Source: Felis catus (Eukaryota). Taken from it: 64,000 bases of DNA. Positions 1-12,849 of the stretch are shown piece by piece. A model generated the notes under the pieces. That model saw only the letters and a list, made by a program, of their open reading frames with translations. It had not been told where the DNA came from and did no database searches. How positions within the stretch are numbered: position 1 is the first letter of the stretch; each line of letters begins with the position of its first letter. Where the stretch lies: assembly GCF_018350175.1 (NCBI RefSeq), contig NC_058368.1:178190001-178254000 (forward strand), in the 5' to 3' direction. A program made the translations under genes and the position numbers.

Positions 1-1764
1 GATGCCAACTGGCTAACCCTTCTGCCTCACTGTAGAAAAGGTGAGCAGCTGTTTGCAATTTCAAGTGCATGTAGAGAAGGTCACTTTCATAATCATCTCT
101 TCCACATCATATATAGTGTGTGATGAAGCTATACACAGAGGCGGGGGCTCTTATGGCAGGTGGGGACTGGGTGTGACGTTAAATGCCATTGTCCTCCTTC
201 CTGGAGATGTGTTTGCCATGTTGACACTGAGCCAAAAGGAATGTCCAGAGTGACATTTCAGGTTCCTCTCCTTTTGGTTATATTTTTGAGTTTTGTTGCT
301 CAGGAGGGTGACTTAAACAATGTAAGAAGGAGGCAATTAACTTAGTTTGAAGGAAGGTTCATGCATTCATTACATAAATATTAGCAGAGCACCTGCTATG
401 TGCCCAGTGCTATAATCCCCTTTCAGCCTAACAGGAATGAACCTGAGAAACAAGCAGCTTGTTTGCTGGTTCAGTGGTGACAGGCATTGTGTGGTTTGGT
501 GGCCTGGGCCTATGTCTTGTTGTGCATAGAACTACAGGTCACCACTAGGTCATGGAAATGGGAATAGAGCTGAACATAGGACAAATATGCGGGGGGAGGG
601 CAGGGGAGGGCAGTGCTGATCTGAGAGATAGCTAGACCTGGGCGAGGATCCAGGCTCCCCCCAACATTCAGATCCCAGGCCCTGAGACAGAGTATTTGCA
701 TTTTATTATCCGCATTATAGGGTTTTATCCAGGCTGGCAAGGTAAGTGGATGAAACGCTGGGTATGGTGTCAGGAGCTAGGAAAGCCATGGGAATGCGAA
801 GGGCAGGGTCTAGTAAGGCCGTCGGGATGATAGAAGAGAAAAATCTCTCCATCCCTCCACTTACTCATTCATTCACTCATTAATTCATTCAGCACACCTT
901 TATCAGTACCTGTTATGTGAAACACAAAGATAAATAAAACATGCCACATACCCTCAAAATTCTTAGGACCTCAGGGGAGAGAAAGCAAGTCAGTCATAAT
1001 GATTAGAAGTACCAACTGGGGCTTGCTATGTGCAATACATTTTCGTGCCCACCCCTACTTTCCTCAGGGTGACAGAAAGAGGGCCAGGTGTCACTTGCAC
1101 ACACCATGGGTTGCATTATAGGAGAGAAAACCTGAGCTTGGGGAACCTGAATCTTTTATAGCGGACAGTCAGCTTATCTGCCCTTAGCTTTGGAGGGGGA
1201 CCGTATCTATCCCATGAGGTCATTTGCTTTACAAACATGCTTGAAAAGATTCTCCATAACTAAGACGATGTCCCTGCTCACAAGATGTGCAGAAACATGA
1301 GAGACTCTTGGAAAACTGCGTCCCAACAATGATCAGTTTTATGTCTTTGGGATGACAGTTTTTGTGGAAACAGAGAAGGGGATACTGAGGGAGGTCCACA
1401 GCTTTGGTAACAAGGCAGGCTTTCACCCTCCTCTGGCAGGACTCGTGGGGTGTGGCCACGGTGGAACAGGTCAAAGAGGTTACCAGCAGGAGTGGGGACG
1501 GGGTGGTGGAATCGGGCACCCTTTCCACTGGACAATGATAAAGGCTTTGCTTTGTGGAAAACATGGGGAGTCATCCTATTACCATCTCAGAGCAGGTATC
1601 TAAGAAGAAAGGCAACCTTCCCTGGGTCGGCATGAGGGAGCGTGTTGTGTACAATTCCATGTGACGATCTGAAGGAAGGAAATTAAAATCTGCTCAGGAC
1701 CTACTACATACCAGGTTCTGTGATCAACATTTCATTTCATTTAATCTCGTACTAAGCTAGTTTT

Positions 1765-2020
1765 TTCTTTTTTCTTGTGGTAACATACACATCACATAAA
1801 ATTTACCATTGTAACCAGGTAAAAGTATACAATTCAGTGGCATTAAGTTCATTCACAGGGGTCTGCCACCATCACCACTACCTAGTTCCAGAACATTTTC
1901 ATCACCCCAACGGAAACCCCTGATCCATGAAAGCAGTCACTCCCCGTTCCTCCCTCCCGCCCCCTGCAGCCACTAATCTGCTTTCTGCCTCTATGGATTT
2001 GCCTATTCTATATATTCCTA
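1765..2020 (-). repeat. L1MB-like 3' end
   Basis: aaatttaccatt...tacaattcagtggcatt...ccactaatctgctttctgcctctatggatttgcctattct. Confidence 0.75.
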
Positions 2021-5000
2021 ACAACCATTTGCTATAAGTATTGTTTTCCCCATTTTATAGATGAGGAAGCCATAGCTCAGAGAAATTCACATCTTGTCCA
2101 AGGTCATAGAACTGGTAGGGGATGGATGTGATGGGTTCTCCACTGAGCTCCCCAGGTAGAGAAGAAAGGTCAGTCACTCACATGACCCTCAGGAGCACAC
2201 CCCTGTTTAGCATGTCCAGAGTGTGGAGCAGGGCAGAGGAGGGCGAGCAAGAGTCCAACGCACCAGGCCTGAATCTGGAGGGAGGCAGGAAGGAGAGGTG
2301 CTCCAGGTTGAGGAAGGTCCAAGGTGTTGACGTGGGGCAGCCGGTCAGCCAGTAGAGCCAAGGCCCCCCCAGTGGGAGGCACTGTGTTGCAAAGGTGGTG
2401 CCCGGAGCAGGGGCAGCCCCCCTGATTCTGAGGGAACTTCCAGCATAGCAGGCTGTGGCCCCCATACTTCAGACCTAACTGCTTTGTTCATCCGGGTGAG
2501 GCCACCAAGAGAACACCCCAGGAAGCCAGCTGACTCAAGTTTCTTTTTCTCCAGGGAAACCCAGACCTGTCTTTGGGTGAAAGTCTCTCTGTGAGCTGCC
2601 AACACCCCCAGGCTGTCTGGGGGGCTGAGAGACTGCGCAGAGTTCATGAATGGCCTTTAGTCAGAGACAGCTGCCAACTGACGCCTCCTGGGTCACTGTG
2701 TGGGCCTTTTGTTCATTTCCTGGGAACCCATGAGAAGCTGGGTGGGGGTGCTGCACACCCACGGCAGCCGGGCCCCTGCGGCTTTTTCCTCCTTGTTCAG
2801 CTCTATGGGGTCACTTTTTGGGCCTTCACCCAAGCCTTTGGGACTCAGGAGCCCCTTTTCTTTGGGGTATATGGTAGATGTTTGGGTGTTCCTTCCTTAA
2901 TTCCTAAAACCTGAGAGGAACATGGTCTCTCCCTTTGGGGAATGTTGGCCTCTCATCTTCCCCGTGCTGCCCACCGCACCCTGTCTTCCTGGGAAGCAGA
3001 AGGACATGGGGAAAAGGGGGGGGTTCCTCTAGGGTACACTGACTCATCCTTGGTGGAGGGGACCCTCTTCTCTTAAATATCTCTCTCACGGGGGTATGGC
3101 ATCCCTTGGCCCTGAGGGTCCTCAGAAGGGTTAAGTGTTCAGCAAAGAGAGCCCTTCCAGATGGGCTGTGCTGTAGCAGCTGTCGTTAGGGCCCCCGAGG
3201 GCCTTTGGGATACCATCGTGACGGCATCTGGCTGTGTCTGAGGCCAGTCAGATGAGCTCGGAGGTAAGGCATGTGGCTTCCTCCTGGCAATGATCTGTCT
3301 GTCTGTGAATGTGACCCCACAGATGTCTGTCTGTCTGCCTGCCTCACACTGCGCCTCTCTACGAGGAATTTCCAATGGCAGTCCAGGTCCGTGGGTGAGG
3401 CTGCTCCTTGGGGTTGGTTAGGGTGATGACCGTACAGCGCCTGGCTGGGGTGAGTGGGAATGAGGGGGGCAGGGTAGGCACAGGAGACATATGGCTGCCA
3501 GGAAAGATGGATCCTGGAGCGGGTACCCTATTCCCGCTTGGCAGAGCCGGCGTGGAGGCAGAACTGACTGGGTTCACCCAGTGCCACCACGTGTGGCCCT
3601 GTGAACTTGCATAAATTCCTCTGCCTCAGGGAACCTTCGCTTTCTCATTTGTGAAAGGGGATAATACCTACCTTATTGAGTTGTTGTGAGGCTTAATGAG
3701 AGAGTGCATGTGAAGTTCCCAGTGGATGGGCAAAAAATGTAAGGTTATTCAAGTCTAGTTATTTGACTTTGCCCCTTTCTGTTAGCACTAATACATTCTA
3801 AAAGAAAGATGAATTTGCTCAGGGTCCCCTGTCTCTGGGAGAGCCTTTGACTTGCCCCAGCCTTTTTAAGGATGTTTATGTGATCAGTGCCCCTGGTTTG
3901 GGCCTCTGACTCAGGAGGGGACCTTTTGGTAGGAAGTAAGGCCCTCCTGCTGTGTGACTCTCCCCTAAAGCCAGCTGCACTTCTCTTCTGTAAGGGAGGA
4001 GAGCCAACTTCCACTCTCCTACTATCTCTTAGGCTCCCACCTTCTCTGCTTACCTGCTTTGTCGGGCATCCATCAAGCTTGAAGAGGGTCAGCGGTGGAC
4101 CCTCGGCACAGTTGTCTGGAGGAAGCCGTTCCTGTGAGTAAGGAATCCATGTTTGGGGAGCAGGGGGATTCAGAGGAAGGAGGAGACCGGGGCCCCTCTC
4201 CTGGGGAGCCCCTGTGGGGAACACTGATGTCAGGGAATGCCACTGGAAAGAAAACTTCTGGGTTCGGTCCCACCTGAGCACCCCCAGATCAGGGGGGCTT
4301 ATTCTGGAGGAGAGAAGGGGAATAGGTGGGACGACCTTCTGTGGAAATGGGGAAGTTTTCCCAGTACCTACTGTATAAAGTACAAGGCCACAGTGAGTGG
4401 AAGTCGCTTGCCTTATCCGCTCTTTCTGGCCCTCACTCCTCTGTCCATTGGCTGTTGTCTCCATATGACAAAAAGGGTAGCTGGGCCCAGTGCTGACTGG
4501 CCTGGGGGCCTTCACACACTCCCAGGAGACACCTCTCTCAGAACAGAGTGGGTGACAAGAAAAGACATGGCTGATGTCAGGGACTGTGTCTGTGGTGGCA
4601 TAGGCAGACAGATGTTCTCACTCTAGAACGCTTTGGTTGGTTGGGACCACAGAGATCACCTACACCAATCCTCATTGCCCAAGTTCCAAGAGGGAGAATA
4701 GTCAGCCTTAGGTTGGGTTGTCCAGCTTGTCGATTCAGCAGTAGGGCCAACGTCTCTTTGGTCAAAAGTGTGAGCTAGTCCTTGAATAAATTCCTACTGA
4801 CTTCCTGCATATATGTGCGTCTGAGGGAGGTGATTTTGGTAGCCTGGTTGAAACTGGCTTAAGAGGAATGAGAAACACCATCTTGGACTAGGATTCCATT
4901 ATTTTCTTTAGGTCTGTAAGGGAACACCACAGCAATCTCTGCATGGGACAGATCTGTGAGTGCATGTCATTTGTAGCAACGGTAATAGCTAACACTTGAG

Positions 5001-8000
5001 GTGTGCTCACCGTCCTGAACAGTTTGCATGAGGTAATGCATTGCCTCCTCGCAGCTCTGTGAGACAGGCACTGTTATTACTGTTTGTGCTAGTTCCAGTC
5101 CTTCAAGAAGCATAGGCCAAGATGCGGTTAGCTGAGCCAGAGACTTAGAGGACAGGATACCTGTGAAGCATAGAAGGGGCGGGTTGCTATAGGTCTGAGA
5201 GCTGCAAAAAGGAGAGAGGACAGGAGAGGCTGGGCAGCAAGAGACTTAGACAGCAGTGCAGCTCTGAGAAGCGCACAGCAAGGCTGATGGGAGTCTCTGT
5301 GCAAAAGTTGCTCCTTAGAAGCATTAGGTGTCCCGCAGGAATGGGCTGGAACTAACATGCCCTCCATGCTCAGACACTGGCTGAGCACGGCGTAGACCAA
5401 GAGCAGCCATCCCCAGGGTCTCTCTCTCTGGGGGTGGAGTGGGATGGTCACATTAACACTGTTACCTGACTCTCAACCCTTATGCGTGAGGTGGTCAAGC
5501 AAGTTCTCCTGAAGGAAGTCTGACCAGCACATCTCCAGGGCCACCATACCTCCATTTTACAAGTGAGGAAACTGAGGCACAGAGAGGTTAAGTTTCTTGT
5601 CCACGGTCCCATGGCTAATAAGTGGCAGAGCTGGCACCAAAGTTGGCTTGGTTCTAAGTGGACCCTCTTAACCACCAGGTCATGCTGTGGGCTGTTAGAT
5701 TGTTTGGTGATGTTTAGGGGAAAGTACCGTTGTGTAAACTTTGGAATCAGGCAGACCTGCATGTAGCCTTCTCCCTCTGGCATGCACTAGCTGTGGGAAA
5801 ATTGGGATTGGAGTGTGTGAAGTACCTGGTACAGTGGCTAGCACATAGTAGGTATTCAGTAAATACCAGTTCTTGTTCTTATTCCACAGAGGAGGCCACC
5901 AGATGTCACACAACATAAACAGGGACAGAAAGAAGATGTCCAAAAACAGGGTGGTGGTGTTCTCAGTTGTTTTCTAGAACTGCCCAGAGAATCTGAGAAA
6001 CAGCTCCCCAGGCTGTCCCCATCATTTTGACCAACACCTTCAGGTCAGGGCTGCTCTGTGCACAAGGGCTAGTTATAAATCAAGCCCCTCCTTGCCTCCT
6101 CCCTGATTACCATTTGCATGATCTCAGCCTAGGGCTTTATTTTCATGCAAGAGGTGGAGGTGTCAAGATCCAGCTTTCTGGATTGTTACCAGTAGTCCAA
6201 GAGTCCCATAAAGAACCAAGCCTGGGACCTGGGACCATGTCCAGCAGGAAGTGGAAGCACTCCTGGGTGGTTTAAAAGACGTGCCTCCTGCTGTCCCCTA
6301 TGTACGTGGACTGAAGCCTGGGGGCAGCCTGGCTCTAAGGAAAACCCAGTGGAAGAAGAAAAGGTGTCAGTTCCTGGCCATTCATGTGAACTCAGTAGTA
6401 ACGTCCAAGGTAGTGCACTTCTCCAAGTTATTAAAACCTCAGTGGTGCTGGCGAGAGATGCGTTCACTTAGCAAAGAATTCCTGAGTGCTTGCTATGTGT
6501 AGGCGCTGAAGGAGGCCCTGGATATGTGTGATGTGGGCCTTCTCCTCAAGGAGCTTGCAGTCCTGGGGGACGGGGACACGGCAACATGGAGCAGGTGCTC
6601 GGATGTGGAATGTGCAGTGAAGGAGAGGTCGGCCACGCTCAGGGCTGGGAAGCCTTCTTGGAAGAGGTGACAGTTACATGGGGCCTTGCAGGATGAGGTG
6701 AGGTTTGCCCATGGGCTGGGCGGAAAGGGCATTCTGAGAAGAGGGGCAGTGGGCACAATGGCGTGGACGTAGGAAACGCTGCAAATGAAGCTGCCTATAG
6801 CTTGGTCTGGCTGAATATAAACTCCTGGGAAAGAAGTGTCTGCAGACAGGGGTGGGCAGGAGGAGGGGGCAGGCCGTGAATGGCCTTACAGGCCTTGCTA
6901 AGTAGGTGGGATTTTATTAGATACACCGTGTGGCCGCCTTCTTATGGAGCACAACTGAATAGAATCAACAACAAGGATAATTACTGTTACACAGATATAA
7001 TAATTATTATGATTATTATTCTGTTTTTTATAACTGAGTCCTTACTATGTGCCAGATGTTTTTCTAAGGGCTCTCCCCGAGTTAATGTGTTCATTCTTAA
7101 ATTTAACACCGTGATAGGTGTCATCATCAGCCCCGCTTTACAGGTGAGGAAACTCAGGCATAGGCAGACAGGAAGTGGTTGGATTGAACCCAGGCTACGT
7201 GACTCCAGGGTACAAATTTGCTACCCTTTTTGCCTAGTGAAGAAAAGCAGTTGCATGAAGCCCAGAAATGTGACAGAGGCCCTGTTCGTTTCGGCAATCC
7301 ATAATTCCCATCCTCGCCTCGCTTCTGAGATTTTGTTTTTACTCAGGGTTTGGTGTCAGACCGTTGTGAGAAGGAGTAAGTGAGCATTTCAAAGGTTCTT
7401 AGATCTTGAGATATGAGGTTTCGTCTCTCAGATCCAGGTTACAAATAACTCACGGTTTGTCCATTGTTGATGTCGCCTGGTTAATGTCCCACTCTCTCTG
7501 AATGTCCACTATTATTCCCAAAAGACGACCTGCTGACAGCGGAAATATTTCTGAGCTGACTATGCTGTGGGCACCAGATCTGCCCGGGGCTCAGGGTGGA
7601 TGGGTGCCGGGGCAGGCGCCAGGCCTGGTCCTGGGGTGTCCTCCCTACTGAAATACAGCAACAGCTACCCCCAGCCTCCCCTCCTTGTGTCCTGGGGAGA
7701 TTAACATTACTGACTTGACTATAGGCCAGGCAAGGTGCCTACAGCTTTGTGTCATTTAAGTTCTAAGACCTGAGGTAGGAGGTCTCAACATCTTCCTCTT
7801 TCAGATGAGGAAACTGAGGTTGATGGAGGTGAAGGTTCTTGCCCAAGATCACATAGCTAATAAATAGCAGAGCTGGAATCTGAACCCAGTCTGACCTCCT
7901 ATAAAACCCACTCACTTTCCCCCACACCATGCTAATCTTGTGAGGTAAGTTATTATCATCTTTGCTTTATAAAATGAGGAAACAGAGGCTCAGAGAGGTG

Positions 8001-8467
8001 GGGTCACTTACCTGAGGTTACACAGCAAGCACATGACAGCTTGGAGGTTGGAGCCCAAGCCTGTCTGACTCCACAGGCTCCGGGACAACCTCTTATTCTG
8101 GTTTAGCCGGGACTTTGAGGAGGGCATAGGCCCTGGACTCAGGAGAATCTTCTGTTCTCCAGCGCCCAATCTCCAACCATAGCACCCACTCCTAGCTTTG
8201 TGGGTCTGGCAGATGGAGAAACGAGAGGGTCGCTCTGCCTTTTCTGCTGCATCGTCCCATGGCCTGGGGGCCCTGGTGCTGCGGTACCAGTGTGAACACT
8301 GAATCAAAACCCAGAAGGCTGAGCCAAGCCTCTGCGCCACTCTCCTGACAGTGGGCAAGTGTCACTCATTATAAAGTGGGGGTGATGAGTGCCCTCTTGG
8401 CTTCTCAGGGAGCTGGGAGGAGAACCCAGCAATGTGAAGGGCCAGAAAAGACTTTAAAACCAGCCTA

Positions 8468-8655
8468 GGGGGGCGCCTGGGTGGCGCAGTCGGTCCGTGA
8501 GTGAGTTCGAGCCCCGCATCGGGCTCTGGGCTGATGGCTCAGAGCCTGGAGCCTGTTTCCGATTCTGTGTCTCCCTCTCTCTCTGCCCCTCCCCCGTTCA
8601 TGCTCTGTCTCTCTCTGTCCCAAAAATAAATAAACGTTGAAAAAAAAAATTTTTT
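8468..8655 (+). repeat. Young felid SINEC with internal deletion
   Basis: ggggcgcctgggtggcgcagtcggt..., (ct)n, polyA; TSD tttaaaaccagcctagg. Confidence 0.9.
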
Positions 8656-9829
8656 TTAAAACCAGCCTAGGATTGTATGACCACCTGGGCAGCGTAAGTA
8701 TTATTATCATTTTGTTGTTTTCTTCCTGCCCTCTGCCCTCCTGAAGCCTCCACCAGCAGGGAAGACACTGTGCAGGCCTCTTTCTAGACTCACAGTTGGT
8801 CAACTCCCCTCCGGTGCCTGGTCTGGCACGTCAGACTGCATTTCTCACGGTTCTCCCGCCCTCTGCCCTCCAGCCCTCCAAACCTGGGCCTCCCACCCAT
8901 CAGAGTATTCCCTAAGGGGGAGATTCCAGAGCGGATGACCCAGCTGCCTTTGTGACAAAAACCAAAAGCAAACAGAAGAATATTTGCTGAGTACCTGCAA
9001 CTTGAAGTATTTAATCCTCCAGCAACCCTGAGAATTTTCTCCTGTTTACTTTTGATGAAAGCAAGACTCAGAGGGGCCACCTGCTTAGGGCCATGCAGCT
9101 GGAGAGAGGGGGAGCCAGGATTCCAGCTCTGGGCTGTCTCATTCACTGGCAAGACAGACTCCTTCCTTCCTGTCATTGTGCGCACACAGCATGCTGATGG
9201 GCACGTCCTTCTGATGGCCCAAGGACCATGTCTGTGGCTGTCTTTGCAGGAGGCAGACACCAGGGTTAAACATTTGGACGGGGAGGGCTGACTCTTCCTC
9301 CAGGCTGCCCAGGATTTCTCAATCACCAGAAGAAATGGAGACTCTGGGGACAGTTCTGCACAACCACCCTTAGTCCAGGCCGGTCTCAGCCTCTGAGCAC
9401 CGAGTAGGCCTGAAGGAGGCTGCCTGGGGAGCAGTGCGCAGAGGCCTTTGTCTGGTCCTCTGGCCCAAGCAGGGCCCTGACTGCCCTGGGCAGCTTCCAA
9501 TGTGGGCAGAAAAGGACGCTGCACTTGGGGGTCACACAAGCCGCTTCTAGCGGGCTCATCAACAACCAGTGTGTGATCTTGGACGGGTCTCATCACCTCT
9601 CTGAGCCTCAGTTTCTAGGTCTATAAAATGGAACCATATCCTCACCTCCCTGCGGCGTGGGACCGATACATGAGTCAGGATGTGAAAGTGTTGTACGCAG
9701 AAAGTTCTGGGTAGGACCTGCTGCATAATATGTTTGCAGGGCCTGGGGCAAAAATGAAAACGCGGCTGCACTTGTTCACACACATTATGAAGGATTTCAA
9801 GGTGGTGGTAACAGAACATGACACCAGGC

Positions 9830-10200
9830 GTTGGGTGGGCCCTTGGAAGCGCGGGGCCCTGGGCCCACGCAGGTGGCACTTCCCGACGCCGACCGCGGTT
9901 GGGGGTTAGGAGAAGAAGTCCTTCCCCGCGGGCAGGCTCTCACCCCTGCGGCCCACCTGGACAAGACGCTTGGCCAAGCGGAGGGTCCCGCGGCACGTTC
10001 GGCGGGGCGCCTGCGCCATCTAGCGGCACCACGGCGAGCAGCGCCCGCCGCTCGCACCCAGCCCGCCGGCCTCGGAGGCCCGGTCGCCCTGCCCAGCGAA
10101 GACGTGCGGGTGCTTCGGGGCCCCACGTGCGGCCAGCGTCTCCATCCCTCAGCTTCAACCCTCCACCGCGTCCTTTACGTCGTGCTCCGGGTCTCTCACA
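9830..10200. promoter_or_regulatory. Small CpG-rich island with a CTCF-like motif at 10011-10029
   Basis: High CpG density relative to the flanks; minus-strand GCCGCTAGATGGCGCAG fits the CTCF consensus. Confidence 0.65.
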
Positions 10201-10789
10201 TTGCCCCACTCACTCCCCGTGTTTGTTTTTTTTCCATGAGGCTCCCTGAGGTCCTCAACCCTCCCTCCCAGAGCTGATCCCCTCAGGCCTCTCTGGAGTC
10301 CCCTCCCCCCCCTCCATTCCAGCCTGCAGGTCTGTCTTCCCTCCGCATCTCCTCGGAGCCCCGCCGAGGCTCTCTGCCACCTCCAGGGAAAGCCCATTTC
10401 CTTAGCCTGGCATCGAGGTCGTCCACTCTGGGGCCTGAGCCTGATTCTTCAGTTTCCCTGGCCTGGCCTGCTCCTTGTCCTTCAGACGCACCTGGCTTCC
10501 TGACACCCATGCCCGACTTGTCCCCTCCTCCTGCCTGTCTTTCTAGGTCCCACCTCTGAATGAAAGCCTCCCAGGACTACTGAATCCTAATGGCGCCCAC
10601 GCCCACGGCAGTGCAACAGGTGTTGTCAGCGTGAGAGGCGGCCAGGTCAGGGGTGTGCATAGAGTGATTTTTTTTTTTATGAAGATTAAATGAAATGACT
10701 TATAGTAGACATTCAGAACGGTAGTGTCTGGCTCATTATAAGCACTGAGTAAATGTTACAATCATTATTATTATAAGTTCTGTATCCCT

Positions 10790-10874
10790 TAATTCTTAAT
10801 GACCTTGGTCACGTGATTTCACCTCATTGCGCTCTTCCCATCTGCAAAATGGGGTTATTATTTATATTCCTATC
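10790..10874. repeat. MIR-like fragment, left half (continues at 29100-29165)
   Basis: gaccttgg...catctgcaaaatggggttatta...cctatc joins to ctatcccagaggattgtt...aaatgagg, matching the MIR core. Confidence 0.65.
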
Positions 10875-11047
10875 TTTTCTGAATAAATGTAATTTCATGA
10901 CAGCAGCACTTTCTGTTTCGTGGGGGGGGGCTATTAATTATAAGGGAAAGGTAATATATGGAATTAAATGATTATAGTAAACATAAAGAGGGAAAGAAGT
11001 ATAGAGAAGAACAAAGAAGGGTTAATACATCAAATCAGGTACTCACA

Positions 11048-11334
11048 GGGTGCCTGAGTGGGTCAGTCCATTAAGTGTCTGACTCTTGGTTTTCGCTCAG
11101 GTTATGATCTTGGCTTTATGAGTTCTAGCCCTGTGTCAGGCTCTGTGCTGACAGTGCAAAGCCTGCTTGAGATTGTCTCTCTCTCTCTGTCTCTCTGCCC
11201 CTTCCCTGTTTGTGCTCTCTCTCTCTCAAATAAAATAAATAAACTTAAAAAAAAAGATTTACCGTACATACTTACAAGGTACAAATAAACAAAAGACCTA
11301 ATGGAAAAGAGGCAAGGAAACAACAACAAAAAAA
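11048..11334 (+). repeat. SINEC with an extra 3' tail, inside the outer 3' LTR
   Basis: TSD aaatcaggtactcaca/aaatcgggtactcaca. Confidence 0.85.
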
Positions 11335-11565
11335 AAATCGGGTACTCACAACATCCAACCTCCTAGCTGGGAAAGCCCCATGGTGAAGAGCCTGGTTGGA
11401 GTCCCGACTGAGGGTCCTGGGTGGAGCATCCAGCACAATCTTAGGAGCCTGGGTGTCTGCATATTTCTCTTCTCTCCCTCATCCACTCCAGGGGCCAGCC
11501 TGGTCTGGCTCAAGGAGGTGAGGCAAGCTAAGCCCTCTTGGTGTCAGGAACTGAAGGGCCAATTC

Positions 11566-11790
11566 TTTTTTTTTTTTTAACTTTTAAAAAAATGTTTATT
11601 TATTCTTGAGAGAGAGAGAGAGAGTGAGAGCAGGGGAGGGTCAGAGAGAGGGAGATACAGAGTCTGAAGCAAGCTCCAGGCTCTGAGCTGTCAGCATAGA
11701 GCCCGATGTGGGGCTTAAACTCACAAACCAAGAGATCATGACCCAAGCCGAAGTCAGATGCTTAACTGACTGAGCCACCCAGGTGCCCCC
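11566..11790 (-). repeat. SINEC inside the outer 3' LTR
   Basis: Reverse SINEC consensus; flanked by duplicated gccaattct. Confidence 0.9.
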
Positions 11791-11929
11791 AGAAGTGCCA
11801 ATTCTGATCCCGAGGCCGGATGTAGAGCACAAGCCAACTTAGCCCCCCACTCCCTGCCATGATTGTGTATGTGTGGCTCTGGGCAGAAACGCATGACAAG
11901 TGACACAAGTTCTACATAGAACATTTGGT

Positions 11930-12800
11930 CCTTGACTTGTCAAGCGTTATATGATCCCAGGCGAACATGTAGAGTCGCTATGAACATGTAGGATGTCTTT
12001 GATGAAACCTCCTCAATGTGGTAACCAAGTAATATTCCAGGAGAAGTGGTGATTTTGTCAATTTCATGCTGCATGTCATCAATGAGATCATTAATGGTTT
12101 TGGAATCATCAGTAATATTAAAACAACACATTCAAGGAAATCTCTGACATCCGAAATGGTGCAATAATAACAAATAATCTACAGTTGCCCTATTTTGTTA
12201 AGTTTTTTTTTTTTTTGTGGATTATTTCCCTTATGCAGGCAGAAGGAGCTCATGTTCAATACATCAGTTGCTGAATGTAACCACAAATTATTTTCTTTTA
12301 GAGGGGCTGTGGGGTTGTTATGCACGGTTACTAGAATAGATTCCTGTTTAAATTCAGTGGAGTCCCTTTTTTGCAGTTTAATACATATGTATTCATCATC
12401 ATTAGCTAGAGTTGAATCCCTGAGACAAATGGTGAAATTATTATATTGTTGTTGCATTTGGTCTGTCACATTCTGAAAGCATCCAGCATGTTTCTGTGAG
12501 AAGGCTTCCAGTCCATTGTGGTACCAGTGTCCCGGTCCTATGGCCAGGGAGCAGTAGGCCCAGCAAGACAAGGTTAATTAATGACTGTCCCGCTGGAATA
12601 GAGATTGTCTTGGGCTGTACTTGAAGTACACAGTTAGGGCACATGGTGTAATTTTTCATCACCAGGATACATGACTATTACCGTTGTATCTCCTCCCTGT
12701 GCCACAACTTCTGCAGGGGTATGGATTCTGTCTGGGGGTTTAGTTACCCAAACTTTGACTTTCTAGGAGTCCGTAGGTTTAAGTCCTTTGTCTCCTCTCC
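11930..12800 (-). pseudogene. Outer ERV env-like remnant (deleted, frameshifted)
   Basis: Sits between the dUTPase and the 3' LTR; Cys/Trp-containing fragments such as ENNLWLHSATDVLNMSSFCL. Similarity judged by eye only. Confidence 0.45.
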
Positions 12801-12849
12801 CTGTCAGCCGAGAGGGAGGTGTTCCATCTCAGCTCAAGCTGTGATTGTA

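Larger units (their letters stand above)
10875..11923 (-). repeat. Outer ERV 3' LTR (contains two SINE insertions)
   Basis: Aligns by eye to 17030-17184 plus 28597-29099; starts ttttctgaataaatg and ends catagaaca. Confidence 0.85.

Noticed and set aside
3745..4515. 256-aa minus-strand ORF
   Set aside because: No recognisable domain, non-ATG start, and composition typical of GC-rich intergenic DNA.
1..8400. GABRP 5' exons expected from human synteny
   Set aside because: I could not recognise any GABRP coding or exon sequence here.
8790..10277. 268-aa ORF and overlapping Arg/Pro/Ala-rich ORFs
   Set aside because: They overlap MIR-like and CpG-rich sequence; stop-codon scarcity explains them; no homology recognised.
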